Positions 10,438 through 21,130 of a DNA stretch of 64,000 nt are shown piece after piece; position 1 is the first letter of the stretch; the number at the start of each line of letters is the position of its first letter. The DNA comes from Candidatus Forterrea multitransposorum CG_2015-17_Forterrea_25_41 (GTDB taxonomy: Archaea; Iainarchaeota; Iainarchaeia; Iainarchaeales; CSSED10-239): contig CP045477.1 in assembly GCA_009392915.1 (NCBI GenBank), positions 512,001 through 576,000 on the forward strand, in the 5' to 3' direction. The translations under genes were made by a program, and so were the position numbers. A model generated the notes under the pieces. That model was not told the DNA's origin. It did no database searches and saw only the letters and a program-made list of their open reading frames with translations.

Positions 10438-10593
10438 AATTACCTTTTCTCCTTAGGGTTTAATAATTAAACAATTATATATGATATTAAATAAATATAA
10501 ATGTTTCTATTTAACATATTTTTTAATAAATATATTGAAAAAACTAAAAAGATATAAAAAGACTTATATATTATAATATATAAGTGAATAATT

Positions 10594-11793
10594 ATGTTAA
10601 TTGGAATTGTCGGAAAACCTAACGTGGGAAAAACAACTTTTTTTAGAGCTTTAACATTAATGGATGCAGAATCTGCAAATTATCCGTTTACAACAATTGA
10701 CCCTAACAAAGGAGTTGGTTTTGTAAGAAATAAATGTATTGATACTTTTTTTAATACACAATGCAATCCAAGAACAGGATACTGTAAAAACCACATAAGA
10801 TATCTTCCTGTAGATGTTATTGATGTTGCAGGTTTAGTTCCAGGAGCATCTGAAGGAAGAGGACTTGGAAATAAGTTTTTAACTGACCTTAACCAAGCAG
10901 ATGTTTTAATACAAGTAATTGATGCATCAGGTTCCACTGATGAAGAAGGAAAACCTGTTAAAGCTGGAAGTTATAATCCATCTCTTGAAATTAAATTTTT
11001 AGTTGAAGAAATTGAAAAATGGTTATTTGATATTTTTAAAAGAAATTTTATAAAAATTGGAACTGTTCAAAGAGTACAAAAAATTAAAACATTAAGAGTT
11101 TTAGAAGAATATCTCTATTCAACATTAGGATCAAAAGAAGAAGAAATACTTCAAGCACTTAAAAAAAGTAATTTAGTTGATAAAAATATTGCAGAATGGA
11201 CAGATGAAGAACTTTTATTTTTTACAAAAGAGATTAGAAAAGTTTCAAAACCTATAGTTATTGCTGCAAACAAAATAGATCTTCCTTTTGCAAAAGAAAA
11301 TATTGAAAGAATGAAAGAAGAATTTCCTGAACTTACAATTATTCCATGTTCTGCAGAATCAGAATATGCTCTAAAAGCTGCAGAAAAAGCAAAAATTATT
11401 GAATATCTACCAGGAGATTCTACCTTTAAAATATTGAAAGAAGATTTATCTGATAAACAAAAACAAGCTCTTGAATTTATAAAAACAAATATTTTAGAAA
11501 AATATCAAGAAACTGGAGTTCAAAAAATATTAGACACTTCTGTTTTTGAAGTTTTAAAATATATTGCAGTATATCCAGGAGGAACAAAAGGACTAGGGGA
11601 TAAAGATGGAAATATCTTACCTGACTGTTTCTTAATGCCACCTGGCTCAAAAGCAATTGATTTTGCTTTTAAACTGCATACAGACTTTGGTAAAAACTTT
11701 ATTAAAGCAATTGATGTTAAGACAAAAATGCTTCTAGGAAAAGATCATCCTTTAAAAAATAATGATTGTATTGAAATTGTTTCTGGGAAGTGA
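10594..11793 (+). CDS. Obg-like ATPase/GTPase of YchF/OLA1 family with C-terminal TGS domain
   Basis: GIVGKPNVGKTTFF (P-loop), NYPFTTIDPN, AANKID (G4), C-terminal TGS-like block AIDFAFKLHTDFGKNF...IEIV. Confidence 0.75.
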   Translation: MLIGIVGKPNVGKTTFFRALTLMDAESANYPFTTIDPNKGVGFVRNKCIDTFFNTQCNPRTGYCKNHIRYLPVDVIDVAGLVPGASEGRGLGNKFLTDLNQADVLIQVIDASGSTDEEGKPVKAGSYNPSLEIKFLVEEIEKWLFDIFKRNFIKIGTVQRVQKIKTLRVLEEYLYSTLGSKEEEILQALKKSNLVDKNIAEWTDEELLFFTKEIRKVSKPIVIAANKIDLPFAKENIERMKEEFPELTIIPCSAESEYALKAAEKAKIIEYLPGDSTFKILKEDLSDKQKQALEFIKTNILEKYQETGVQKILDTSVFEVLKYIAVYPGGTKGLGDKDGNILPDCFLMPPGSKAIDFAFKLHTDFGKNFIKAIDVKTKMLLGKDHPLKNNDCIEIVSGK

Positions 11794-11797
11794 AAAA

Positions 11798-12313
11798 ATG
11801 GCAATAAAAATAGAACTTAAAGAGAATCTTACAAAAGAAGAATATGATCAAATTTCTCAGATATATGCAAAAACATTTACAATCAAAAATGAATTTACAG
11901 AAACAAATTTAAGTTTGAAAAATTGTAATAAATTGTTTGAAAAATTTCCTAAATCTTCTGCTCTTATAAAAGATAATAAAAAAACAATTGGACAAACATG
12001 GATTGTCCCTACAAATAGAAAAATAATGACTGAATTTCTTGAAAATAAAATAACAGAACAAGAAATGGTTTTAAAGTCTTTAAAAAAAGTTTCTTTAGAT
12101 AACTTTAATTGCATTTATCTTTTTTATTCTTCAATATTTCAAAAATATAGAAGACAAGGATTAATATTCAAAGCAAGAATAAAAACATTAAACCACTACA
12201 TTAAATTTAATAAAAAAATAATTCTATTTGCATGGGTATACTCTAAAGAAGGAGAAAACCTAGCAATAAAGACTGCTGAAAAATATAAACTACCTTTAAT
12301 TATTAAAAAATAA
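11798..12313 (+). CDS. hypothetical protein (start chosen at internal Met to avoid overlap; ORF is open from 11762)
   Basis: ORF 11762-12313; MAIKIEL start at 11798 follows stop of upstream gene. Confidence 0.4.
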   Translation: MAIKIELKENLTKEEYDQISQIYAKTFTIKNEFTETNLSLKNCNKLFEKFPKSSALIKDNKKTIGQTWIVPTNRKIMTEFLENKITEQEMVLKSLKKVSLDNFNCIYLFYSSIFQKYRRQGLIFKARIKTLNHYIKFNKKIILFAWVYSKEGENLAIKTAEKYKLPLIIKK

Positions 12314-13696
12314 TTATTTTAAAATAAGATTAAACTTCTTTTTATTTCTTTTATTAAATAAATAATCTATGTCAGTTTCTTTAATAGTTACTTTTTTAGA
12401 TTTAATAATCTTTATTTTATCTCCATTTTTAAGAAGATGAGACTTATCTTTAATTATTTCTCCATTAATTTCTGCAAAATAAAAATATTTTGCAAAATCA
12501 GAATGAAGAGAAAATGCAAAATCTAGAAGAGTTGATTTTTTTGGGATTACAATTTCTTGATTTGTTTGGGTATAAACACTAATATAATCTATATATGAAA
12601 TATCTTTTGGTTTTTCAATTAATGTTTTATCTTTTAAAATATTAATTAAACGATTATCTTTTTCAGAAAATTCAATATTTTTATAGTGGAAATGAGCAGA
12701 AACACCAAACTCAGCATTGTTATGCATATCTATAGTTCTTATTTGTATTTCTAAAGGAAATCCATCTAAAATAATATTTAAGTGAATAGATTGATAACCA
12801 TTTTCTTTAGGATGCTTAATAAAATCTCTTACCTTTATATCATTATTCTCAATTACATTCAAATTATCTTTAATAAATTTTAAAGCAACATAACATTCTT
12901 TCTTAGAATTATAAATTAACCTTAAAGCATAAATATCTAAAACTTCATCAATATTATTTTTTTCTTTTCTAATAAATATTTTCTGAAATAAACTACCAGG
13001 ACTTTTATATCTATAATTATAAGTTATTGGCTTATGACCTGAATTTTTTAAAAGATTAATAACAGTTTCTTTTAAAGAAGTAAGTTTTTCTAAAGGATAT
13101 CTTTTTTTAAGTTCAGCATAATTTTTATTAAAACTATCTTTATATTTTAATTTCATTAGTTGAGTTAAAAAATCTTCTTTAAAATTTTGCATACCAAGTT
13201 GATAAGCTAAAGGAAAAATTGCAATTTCAATAATATCTAAAAATCTTTTTTTAAATTCAGGATCTTTTATTTTAGGAAAATAATCTAAAATAACTAAAGC
13301 TTCACCAAAAGTAATAATAATTGCTTCAATTTTAAAAAAAGACTGAACAATCATATTTTTAATTTTTATAGGAGAAATAGAAGGATTATTTATTAGATTA
13401 TAAAAATTAATAAAATAAATATCTTTAGATATCTTTCTAATAATTTTTACAAAACCCTTTTCTTTAATATTTAAATTATATTTATAAGGATTATAAAGAA
13501 CAGATGAAATTATAATATTTTCATCATAAACATTTAATCTTTTAGCAATAGCTAGAGAATATTCTACTAAAGATATATTCTTAAAAACATATTTATCAGA
13601 ATAATTATCTATAATTAAATTATATGATTTTTCAATATTTGAAGTATAATCTTTAATTAATTCTTTATATTCTTTTACAAATTTATTTTTAATCAT
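12314..13696 (-). CDS. RelA/SpoT homolog (long RSH-like): degenerate N-terminal domain, (p)ppGpp synthetase domain, C-terminal TGS domain
   Basis: Synthetase core DFIKHPKENGYQSIHLNII...EIQIRTIDMHNNAEFGVSAHFHYK; TGS block LLDFAFSLHSDFAKYF...GDKIKII; no intact HD motif seen in N-terminal region. Confidence 0.7.
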   Translation of the reverse strand: MIKNKFVKEYKELIKDYTSNIEKSYNLIIDNYSDKYVFKNISLVEYSLAIAKRLNVYDENIIISSVLYNPYKYNLNIKEKGFVKIIRKISKDIYFINFYNLINNPSISPIKIKNMIVQSFFKIEAIIITFGEALVILDYFPKIKDPEFKKRFLDIIEIAIFPLAYQLGMQNFKEDFLTQLMKLKYKDSFNKNYAELKKRYPLEKLTSLKETVINLLKNSGHKPITYNYRYKSPGSLFQKIFIRKEKNNIDEVLDIYALRLIYNSKKECYVALKFIKDNLNVIENNDIKVRDFIKHPKENGYQSIHLNIILDGFPLEIQIRTIDMHNNAEFGVSAHFHYKNIEFSEKDNRLINILKDKTLIEKPKDISYIDYISVYTQTNQEIVIPKKSTLLDFAFSLHSDFAKYFYFAEINGEIIKDKSHLLKNGDKIKIIKSKKVTIKETDIDYLFNKRNKKKFNLILK

Positions 13697-13739
13697 TTTA
13701 ATTCTCTACTGTATGGTTTATTTATTTGTTTAAAAAATA

Positions 13740-16607
13740 CTACTCAACTAAAAAACCTATTTTTCCAGGAGTTGCACTTTTTGCTTTTTCATTATCACTT
13801 TCTTCTGCTTTTATAATTTCAATAGATGTATTAAAAGTTAATTCTAAAAAATCTTTAATAGAAATTAAAAAATTATAATCTTCTTCTTGAGTTTTAATAT
13901 TTTCTTTAGACATTGGTTGTTTTAATAACTTAGGAATAGCTTTTGAAACTTCTTGTTTATTATCTGGATATTTAGAAATAAATTTGGAAATAATTTGTCC
14001 AACATTTTTAGTAATTTCAAGTTCAGCAATAACTTCTGAATAAAAAACATATTTCCAAGATTCAGATACAAATAAAGAAATTTTATTTATTTTTTCAAGA
14101 CCTGAAAGCTTAATTACATTTCTTAAGTTACTAATCATTTTTTCAACATTTTTTTCTTTATCATCAAGAGAAAGATTTATTTTTTCAATTTCAATTTCAG
14201 GAAATGTTTGTTTAACAACAAGTGTTTTATTTCCAACTAAACTATTAAGTTCTTCAGAAGTATGAGGAGTGAAAAGACCCATTGTTAAAATCCATTTTTT
14301 AAGAACTGAAAATATAACTTTTTTATTTATTCCACCTCTCTTAAGATACCAAGAAAAGTCATTATAAAAATTAAAATAAATTTCATCAGTAGCAGCTTTA
14401 AACTCTATTTTTTCCATAGATTCAATAATTGTTTGAAGTCTTAAATTAAATTTAGATTCAAACCATCTATCAAGTTCAGTTTCTTTTAAATCTTCTTTAA
14501 ACTCATTTGAAGAAATAATATTTTCAATAAACACAAATATTCTTTCAAGTCTTTGTTTATAAGTCTTTAAATCTTCTTCTTCAAAAGTAATATCAACAAA
14601 AGGACTTGCAATATTTGCATAGAAAAGTCTAATTGCATCTACAGAATATTTTTCTGCTTCAGATCCAATAGAACCTACTCCACCTTTAGATTTAGAAATT
14701 TTACCACCATTTGAAACAACCCACCAATTCACAAAAATTCCTTTAGGATAGAAATTTTTTTCAAAAACAGCAACATGATTCATTAAAAATGTTGGAAAAT
14801 GAACTGTTTGATGTTCTTTACCACCTAAATTAATATCTAATGGATACCAATAAATTACATCTTTTCTAATATTCTCTAAAATATTAATATCTATTGAAAT
14901 ATTTTTTGCAACCTCAATTGAATTTCCTTTTCCTAAAAACACAAAGTCAAAAAATTCTTCAGTTAATTGTTCAACATTTATTCTTCCTTGATTTACATAA
15001 AGTGAAACTAAATAATAAATAGGATAAAGAGTACTATCTGATATTGGTTCAACTGTATAAGATGGATCAAAAGGAAGTTTTGTTCCAAGCCAAGTTCCTT
15101 GTCTTGCACAAGCTCTATCATCAAACCAATTTAAAACATTTGGTAAATTCTTTTTAAAAGAATCTGGTAAAATAGACATTTCTTTAACATACTCAATTGT
15201 TTTTTCAGTTAATTGTTTATCTGAATATTTAATAAACCATTGATCATCTATTCTTTTTATGACAACTGGAGAAGAACATCTACAAAGAACTTCTTCTGAT
15301 AAATCATAAAAGATAAAAGCATTATTTTCATCAATCATTTTTTGTTTTATTTTATCTTTTGCAACTTCTACTTTAAGGCCTGCATATTCATCACAAACTT
15401 CACTCATAACCCCTGTATGATATCCTTTTTTGTAAACTTCTTTTTTTGCAATTTCTAACTTTTCAGTATCTTTTTGAGAATTAATTTTCATATTTTCACA
15501 AATTTCAACTGCAGGAAAATCACCGAAATCTTTAGATTTAATTATTGGTATTAGTTTAATATCTTTAATAGTTTCAAAATCTAAATTATATTTATCACAT
15601 TCTTCTTTTGATCTTTGTAAGTCATAAAGACCCATCCAATCAGCAGGAGCATCAGAAGGAACAGAAGTTACAATTCCAGTTCCTATCTTAGGATCACAAA
15701 AAGAAGAAGGTAATATAATTATCTCTCTATTAATTATTGGAGGAGTAACATACTTACCTAAAAGTTCACTTCCTTTAAAAGATTGACCTAAAAGTTCAAG
15801 ATTATCTACTTGATATTTTATTTTTTCATAAAAATCTTTTGATGCAATCCAAGTTTCATCTCCAGATTTTATTTTCACATATTCTTCTTCTGAGGAAAGC
15901 CAAATATTTGTTTGACCATAAACTGTTTCAGGTCTTAAAGTTGCAACTAAAATAAATTGATTTTCTTTTTCAAATTTTAATTTAATAATTGTAAACTCTT
16001 GTTTTTCTGCATTTCCACCTTTTGATAAATCCATTTCAGATGGGTCTACTGCAACAGGTCCACATTTAACACAAGCTGTTGCAAAATAAGGTTTTTGTAC
16101 AAGCAAATCTTTTTCTTTTAATTTTCTAAATTGCCATTCAATAAACTTTTGATAATCAGGATAAGTGGTTACAGTAAATCTTCTATCATCAACTAAATAA
16201 CCATAAGAAATATAATCTTTAACATACATTTGAGAAAAAAAATCAACAAAACCTTCAGGTGTTGAAATTTGATCTAAATTTTCTTTTGTTAAACCTTTAC
16301 TTTTATAATACTCAATTGTATCAGAATCATTTTCTTTAACTTTTAAAGCCTTTGAAACAGCACCATTTCCAGAAGCATGCCCTCCAGCTGATAGTAAAAC
16401 ATTATAACCTTGCATTCTTTTAAACCTACAAACAGCATCAGCATAAGAATACCCTCTCATATGCCCTACATGATGGAAACCAGATACTGTTAAGTATGCC
16501 CAGATTAAGAAAAATTTAGGTTTTGTCTCATCTCTATTTGAAACACCTATATTTTCTTCTTTCCATTTTGTTTGCCATTTTTTTTCAAAGTCATTATAGT
16601 TATACAT
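13740..16607 (-). CDS. leuS: leucyl-tRNA synthetase, archaeal/eukaryotic type
   Basis: 955 aa; HVGHMRGYSYADAVCRFKRMQGYNVL (HIGH region), KISKS motif (GGKISKSKGG), typical archaeal LeuRS length. Confidence 0.93.
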   Translation of the reverse strand: MYNYNDFEKKWQTKWKEENIGVSNRDETKPKFFLIWAYLTVSGFHHVGHMRGYSYADAVCRFKRMQGYNVLLSAGGHASGNGAVSKALKVKENDSDTIEYYKSKGLTKENLDQISTPEGFVDFFSQMYVKDYISYGYLVDDRRFTVTTYPDYQKFIEWQFRKLKEKDLLVQKPYFATACVKCGPVAVDPSEMDLSKGGNAEKQEFTIIKLKFEKENQFILVATLRPETVYGQTNIWLSSEEEYVKIKSGDETWIASKDFYEKIKYQVDNLELLGQSFKGSELLGKYVTPPIINREIIILPSSFCDPKIGTGIVTSVPSDAPADWMGLYDLQRSKEECDKYNLDFETIKDIKLIPIIKSKDFGDFPAVEICENMKINSQKDTEKLEIAKKEVYKKGYHTGVMSEVCDEYAGLKVEVAKDKIKQKMIDENNAFIFYDLSEEVLCRCSSPVVIKRIDDQWFIKYSDKQLTEKTIEYVKEMSILPDSFKKNLPNVLNWFDDRACARQGTWLGTKLPFDPSYTVEPISDSTLYPIYYLVSLYVNQGRINVEQLTEEFFDFVFLGKGNSIEVAKNISIDINILENIRKDVIYWYPLDINLGGKEHQTVHFPTFLMNHVAVFEKNFYPKGIFVNWWVVSNGGKISKSKGGVGSIGSEAEKYSVDAIRLFYANIASPFVDITFEEEDLKTYKQRLERIFVFIENIISSNEFKEDLKETELDRWFESKFNLRLQTIIESMEKIEFKAATDEIYFNFYNDFSWYLKRGGINKKVIFSVLKKWILTMGLFTPHTSEELNSLVGNKTLVVKQTFPEIEIEKINLSLDDKEKNVEKMISNLRNVIKLSGLEKINKISLFVSESWKYVFYSEVIAELEITKNVGQIISKFISKYPDNKQEVSKAIPKLLKQPMSKENIKTQEEDYNFLISIKDFLELTFNTSIEIIKAEESDNEKAKSATPGKIGFLVE

Positions 16608-16686
16608 GTATTCTCTTATTTTAAATATATTTTAGTATATAATATTAAGTATAGAAATGTTTATAAAAACTCAAGAAACTTAAAAA

Positions 16687-17487
16687 CTATTTTTCTCTTT
16701 CAACAAATAAATAAACTTGAGGAAGATCTGGAGATTTCTTTTTAAAATTTGAAGGAAGATATGAAAAATCTGCTTTAAAACCTCTTTTCTCTAGTGCTTT
16801 TAAAACTTGCATTCTGTGTTCTTTATCTAGATTAGTACGAAGCAATATAGGATTAAAACTAAAAATAGCCACACCACCATTATTTAAAGAATAAAGATAT
16901 TTTAAAAGAACTTCTTTTTTTAAAGGAGTTTGAGTATAATGAAAACCACCATAGACAGAAATAATTAAATCATATTTTCTTTCAGGAATAAAATTAATAA
17001 CATTCCCTATTTTTTTAAAATCAATATTTTTTGTAGAAAAGCTTTTTGTTAAAGAAACTGCTGTTGTTTTTAAATCTGCAGATACTTTTTTTTCTTTTTT
17101 TAAAGTATTCCATTTTTCTTTAAGCTGTGATAAAAAATAACCTCTACCAGCACCATCATCTAAAACATTAATTTCTTTTTTTTTATATTTCTGTTCAATC
17201 ATTTTTAAAGTAGAAATTATATCTCTTCTAAAAACAAGACTTTTAAGAGAAACTGTATTATTTAAGATTTGTTTAAAAATAAGATTATAATCTTTATATT
17301 TTCTATCTAAAATATATCTTCCAGACCTATCACTTTTCTTTAGTTTATTTAAAGAAAACTTAAGTCTTTGAGAAATTTCCTTATTTTTCAATTTTTTAGA
17401 AATTAGATCTTTTTGTAAAGATACCATACCATTAGAAATTTCTTTTTTAGTTTCTGACTTAGGATTAGTTTTTAATTTTTTAATCAT
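16687..17487 (-). CDS. class I SAM-dependent methyltransferase
   Basis: 266 aa; motif I VLDDGAGRGYF, downstream GGVAIFS motif. Confidence 0.5.
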   Translation of the reverse strand: MIKKLKTNPKSETKKEISNGMVSLQKDLISKKLKNKEISQRLKFSLNKLKKSDRSGRYILDRKYKDYNLIFKQILNNTVSLKSLVFRRDIISTLKMIEQKYKKKEINVLDDGAGRGYFLSQLKEKWNTLKKEKKVSADLKTTAVSLTKSFSTKNIDFKKIGNVINFIPERKYDLIISVYGGFHYTQTPLKKEVLLKYLYSLNNGGVAIFSFNPILLRTNLDKEHRMQVLKALEKRGFKADFSYLPSNFKKKSPDLPQVYLFVEREK

Positions 17488-17509
17488 ATCTAAAAATTTT
17501 TAAAAACAA

Positions 17510-18292
17510 TTATTCTCCACCAAAAATATTTGCCATAGCATCATAACTTGCTCTAAACTTATTATAAAGTTCTTCAAAATTATCAAGCATAGTATCATTT
17601 AATCTTCCTTCAATTCCAGTAACAGAATCATTTAAAGAAACATTAATATCTTGAACATCTTGATTTAAAGTATTAATTTCACCCATAACGTTATTATCAA
17701 TATATTCTTGCATACCATAAATCCTCATATCTACAGAATTAATCTGTGCTCTAACATTTGAATCCAAGGCATTAATCTTTGCAACTAAATCATTATATTG
17801 TTCTCTTTGAGATTGAGACATTTCAACAATTAAATTAAGTCCAGGAGATACGTGGAAAGAATAAGATATGTTTAATGTTCTAGGAGTATCGTTTCTTACA
17901 ACAGTACATCTTATATGTTCTTCATAAATACCAGGTGTTTGAGGTGTTGTAAAAGCATGATAATAGTTTCCAGGAACTGAAGTTGGAAGCATAGGGACAT
18001 CTATTAAGAAATAAGATTTATCAGGATAAAGAAGAGACAATATACAATCAGCATCCTCTATTGGTGTGTTTCTAGTATCTTCTAGACGAACAATAACTTG
18101 TCCTTGTTCACCTGAAATATATTCTGTTCCAGATACCATTTTAATACCTGGTTCTGCACTTTTTTTACTATAACTTAAAATTAAAAATAGAACTAAACCA
18201 ATAATTAAGACACCTATAACTATATAAAAAATAATTTTTTTATTAGAACTATTTAAATGTCTAAAATTATGATGTCTAAATCCTTTTTCCAT
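17510..18292 (-). CDS. membrane-anchored surface protein, paralog of N-terminal domain of 18386-20980 product
   Basis: 260 aa; signal-anchor helix; domain YISGEQGQVIVRLEDTRNTPIEDADCIL...PGNYY parallels WREDYGSTIVRLSDYKGNPYPIDECRV...AGNWY of neighbour; N-x-S/T rich tail. Confidence 0.55.
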   Translation of the reverse strand: MEKGFRHHNFRHLNSSNKKIIFYIVIGVLIIGLVLFLILSYSKKSAEPGIKMVSGTEYISGEQGQVIVRLEDTRNTPIEDADCILSLLYPDKSYFLIDVPMLPTSVPGNYYHAFTTPQTPGIYEEHIRCTVVRNDTPRTLNISYSFHVSPGLNLIVEMSQSQREQYNDLVAKINALDSNVRAQINSVDMRIYGMQEYIDNNVMGEINTLNQDVQDINVSLNDSVTGIEGRLNDTMLDNFEELYNKFRASYDAMANIFGGE

Positions 18293-18385
18293 TTGTACTC
18301 TTTTTTTAAAAATTAAAAGAAATAAAAAAAGTTCTTTTTTAAAAAAAGAACTAATAATTTATTTCTAAAATAATAAAAGAAAACT

Positions 18386-20980
18386 TTAAGAAATTATTCT
18401 TATATTAATTTCTGATTCTTGGTTTTCTAATATTTGATGAACAGTTGCATTGATATCAGTTGTTTGTGCTTTAATAATACCAACATCAGTTAAGATAGAA
18501 TCAATGTTTGTCCTAACCTCACCACTTAAAAGATTCCATGTATTTAAAGTAGTTTGATTAATTTCTTCTAACTTTTGTGCTTGTGTTTGATCCATTATTT
18601 CAATAGCTGTTTTAATATTATAAACTTCTTGACATAATGGGCTGTTGTTAGTATCTTCATTACCACAAAAGTTTTCAACTAATGCAAGATTATCATCAAC
18701 TGATGAAAATCTGTTTCTAATTTCTCCCATGTCTTCTTGATTAATTGAATTTGAAACTAACCAATTAGTATCTTGCTTAATTGATGTTAATTGATTTGTT
18801 AAATCTTCAAGCATTAAATCAAGTTGAACATTAATATTGTTTACAACTAAATCTGTCATTAAACTTGAAAGAGAATCATTTACATCAATTATCTGTGTCT
18901 GTAATGTTTGACCTGTTGAAACAACAGTTCCATTTACAGAAATCTCTAAATTATCAAGTCTTGTTGAAAGGAAATCATTTGAATCTGAAAACTTTTGTGC
19001 AATCAATGCATTTGTATAATTAAATTGATTTGTAATTTCAGTAGATAAATTAACATTAACAGCATTTAAAAGATCTGTTAAAGAAGTTGAAACATTTGTT
19101 AAATTTGTATTTATTTCTTCACCAGTTTCTGTAACAGTTGCAGTTAATGATAAATTTACATTATCAAGTTGACTAGATAATTCTGCAAATCTTAAATCAA
19201 TCTTATCTGAAAGATCAGTATTAACTGTGTTTAAAAGATTTGAAAGAGTTGTTGTTGAAAGAGAAATATTTGTATTTATCTCTTCACCTGTCTCTTCTAA
19301 ATTTGCATTTAAACTTAAATTAACATTTGTAAGTTGATCAGATAATTGATTAAATCTTAAATCAATCTTATCTGAAAGATCTGTATTAACTGTGTTTAAA
19401 AGATTTGAAAGAGTAGTTGTTGAAAGAGAAATATTTGTATTAATCTCTTCTCCAGTCTCATCTAAATTTGCATTTAAACTTAAACTTACATTTGTAAGTT
19501 GATTAGATAATTCTGTAAACTTTAAATCAATCTTATCTGAAAGATCTGTATTAACTGTATTTAAAAGACCAGTTAAAGAAGTTGAAACATTTGTTAAATT
19601 TGTATTTATTTCTTCACCAGTTTCTTCTAAATTTGCAGTTAAACTTAAATTTACATTTTCTAAATTATTTTGAGAAGTATTAAAATCTTCTTCTAATTGA
19701 TTTAATAAATTATTATTTACTGAATTTAATAAATCTAAAATATTTGTTGTAGAAGTATTAATATTTGTATTAATCTCTTCTCCTGTAGTTGTAACTGTAC
19801 CTGTTAAATTTAAACTAACATCATTTAAATTTGCAGTTAAAGAATTATAATCAAATTCCATTTGATCTAAAAGACCAGAATTAACTGAATTTAAAAGATT
19901 AGTTAAATTTGTGTTTGTAGTATCAATATTTGTATTTATTTCTTCGCCTGTTAAAAGAACAGTTCCTGTTAAATTTAAACTAACATCATTTAAATTTTCA
20001 TTTAATGAATTTAAATCAGAATCCATTTGATCTAAAAGACCAGAATTAACTGAATTTAAAAGATTAGTTAAATTTGTGTTAGTTGCATCAATATTTGTAT
20101 TAATTTCTTCACCAGTAGATGCAATTGTTCCAGTTAAATTTAAATTTACATTATTTAAATTTGCATTTAAAGAATCAAAATTTGTATCCATTTGTTCTAA
20201 AATACCAGAATTAACATTTGATAAAAGATTTTCTAAATTTGTATTAACATTTGTTAAACTTGTTTGAATTTCTTCACCAGTTGATGAAATTGTACCTGTT
20301 AAAGAAAGATCAACACCTGAAAGATCAGTTTGTAATGTTACAATTCCTTCTTGTAATTCATTTGCAAGAGTTCCATTAACATCTGCAAGTAAATCATTTA
20401 AAGAAGTATTCATGTTTGTTAAATTTGTTGTAATATATTCTCCAGTTTCAGAAATTTGACCAGCTACAGAAACATTAACATCTGCAAGTCTTAAATCTAA
20501 ATTATCTGATTTTTCGGTTAAAACACTTATTTGTTCAAGTGCTGGATTTAAGTGAAAAGATTGTGAACTTTTTACAATTGTTGCACCACTTCTACAAGTT
20601 ACTTCTTGTTCATAAGTTCCTAAAGGAGCATCTCCTAAATAATCTGTTCTATACCAGTTTCCTGCAATATTTGATTCAGACATTGGCTGATCATCAACAA
20701 ATACAGATTTGTCTGGATGCAGTATAGTTACTCTACATTCATCTATTGGATAAGGATTACCTTTATAGTCTGATAATCTAACAATAGTTGAACCATAATC
20801 TTCTCTCCAGTATTCTGTGTGAGAAACCCATTGGAAAGAAATTTCATCTTCAACAACAGTTTTTCCACTAACATAAGCAGTTGCTAAAAAGGCAACAACA
20901 ATTAATAAAACACCTAAAATACTTAATTTTAAGTATTTATTTCTTTTTTTCTTATCTGTCATAATTACTCTTAACCTCAT
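18386..20980 (-). CDS. large repeat-containing surface (S-layer/adhesin-like) protein with about 10 tandem 53-58 aa repeats
   Basis: 864 aa; signal-anchor; repeats of consensus N(V/L)SL(N/T)...TGEEINTN...LLN(S/T)VN...; extremely rich in N-x-S/T sequons. Confidence 0.7.
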   Translation of the reverse strand: MRLRVIMTDKKKRNKYLKLSILGVLLIVVAFLATAYVSGKTVVEDEISFQWVSHTEYWREDYGSTIVRLSDYKGNPYPIDECRVTILHPDKSVFVDDQPMSESNIAGNWYRTDYLGDAPLGTYEQEVTCRSGATIVKSSQSFHLNPALEQISVLTEKSDNLDLRLADVNVSVAGQISETGEYITTNLTNMNTSLNDLLADVNGTLANELQEGIVTLQTDLSGVDLSLTGTISSTGEEIQTSLTNVNTNLENLLSNVNSGILEQMDTNFDSLNANLNNVNLNLTGTIASTGEEINTNIDATNTNLTNLLNSVNSGLLDQMDSDLNSLNENLNDVSLNLTGTVLLTGEEINTNIDTTNTNLTNLLNSVNSGLLDQMEFDYNSLTANLNDVSLNLTGTVTTTGEEINTNINTSTTNILDLLNSVNNNLLNQLEEDFNTSQNNLENVNLSLTANLEETGEEINTNLTNVSTSLTGLLNTVNTDLSDKIDLKFTELSNQLTNVSLSLNANLDETGEEINTNISLSTTTLSNLLNTVNTDLSDKIDLRFNQLSDQLTNVNLSLNANLEETGEEINTNISLSTTTLSNLLNTVNTDLSDKIDLRFAELSSQLDNVNLSLTATVTETGEEINTNLTNVSTSLTDLLNAVNVNLSTEITNQFNYTNALIAQKFSDSNDFLSTRLDNLEISVNGTVVSTGQTLQTQIIDVNDSLSSLMTDLVVNNINVQLDLMLEDLTNQLTSIKQDTNWLVSNSINQEDMGEIRNRFSSVDDNLALVENFCGNEDTNNSPLCQEVYNIKTAIEIMDQTQAQKLEEINQTTLNTWNLLSGEVRTNIDSILTDVGIIKAQTTDINATVHQILENQESEINIRIIS
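19030..20300. repeat. tandem DNA repeats (units about 160-174 bp) encoding the surface-protein repeats
   Basis: Near-identical 174-bp units visible e.g. 19140-19660 (ttgtatttatttcttcaccagt...aaatcaatcttatctgaaagatc recurring). Confidence 0.7.
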
Positions 20981-21130
20981 TTAAATTTATTAAACAATAT
21001 AAAAAGAAATTTTGAACTTTGAAAAATAACTGTTTTGATAAATAAAAATTTCTTAAAAATTTATAACTAAATTTACTATTATATGTTGTATATTATATTT
21101 ATAAACATTTCCTTTTAAAAAAATAAAAAA

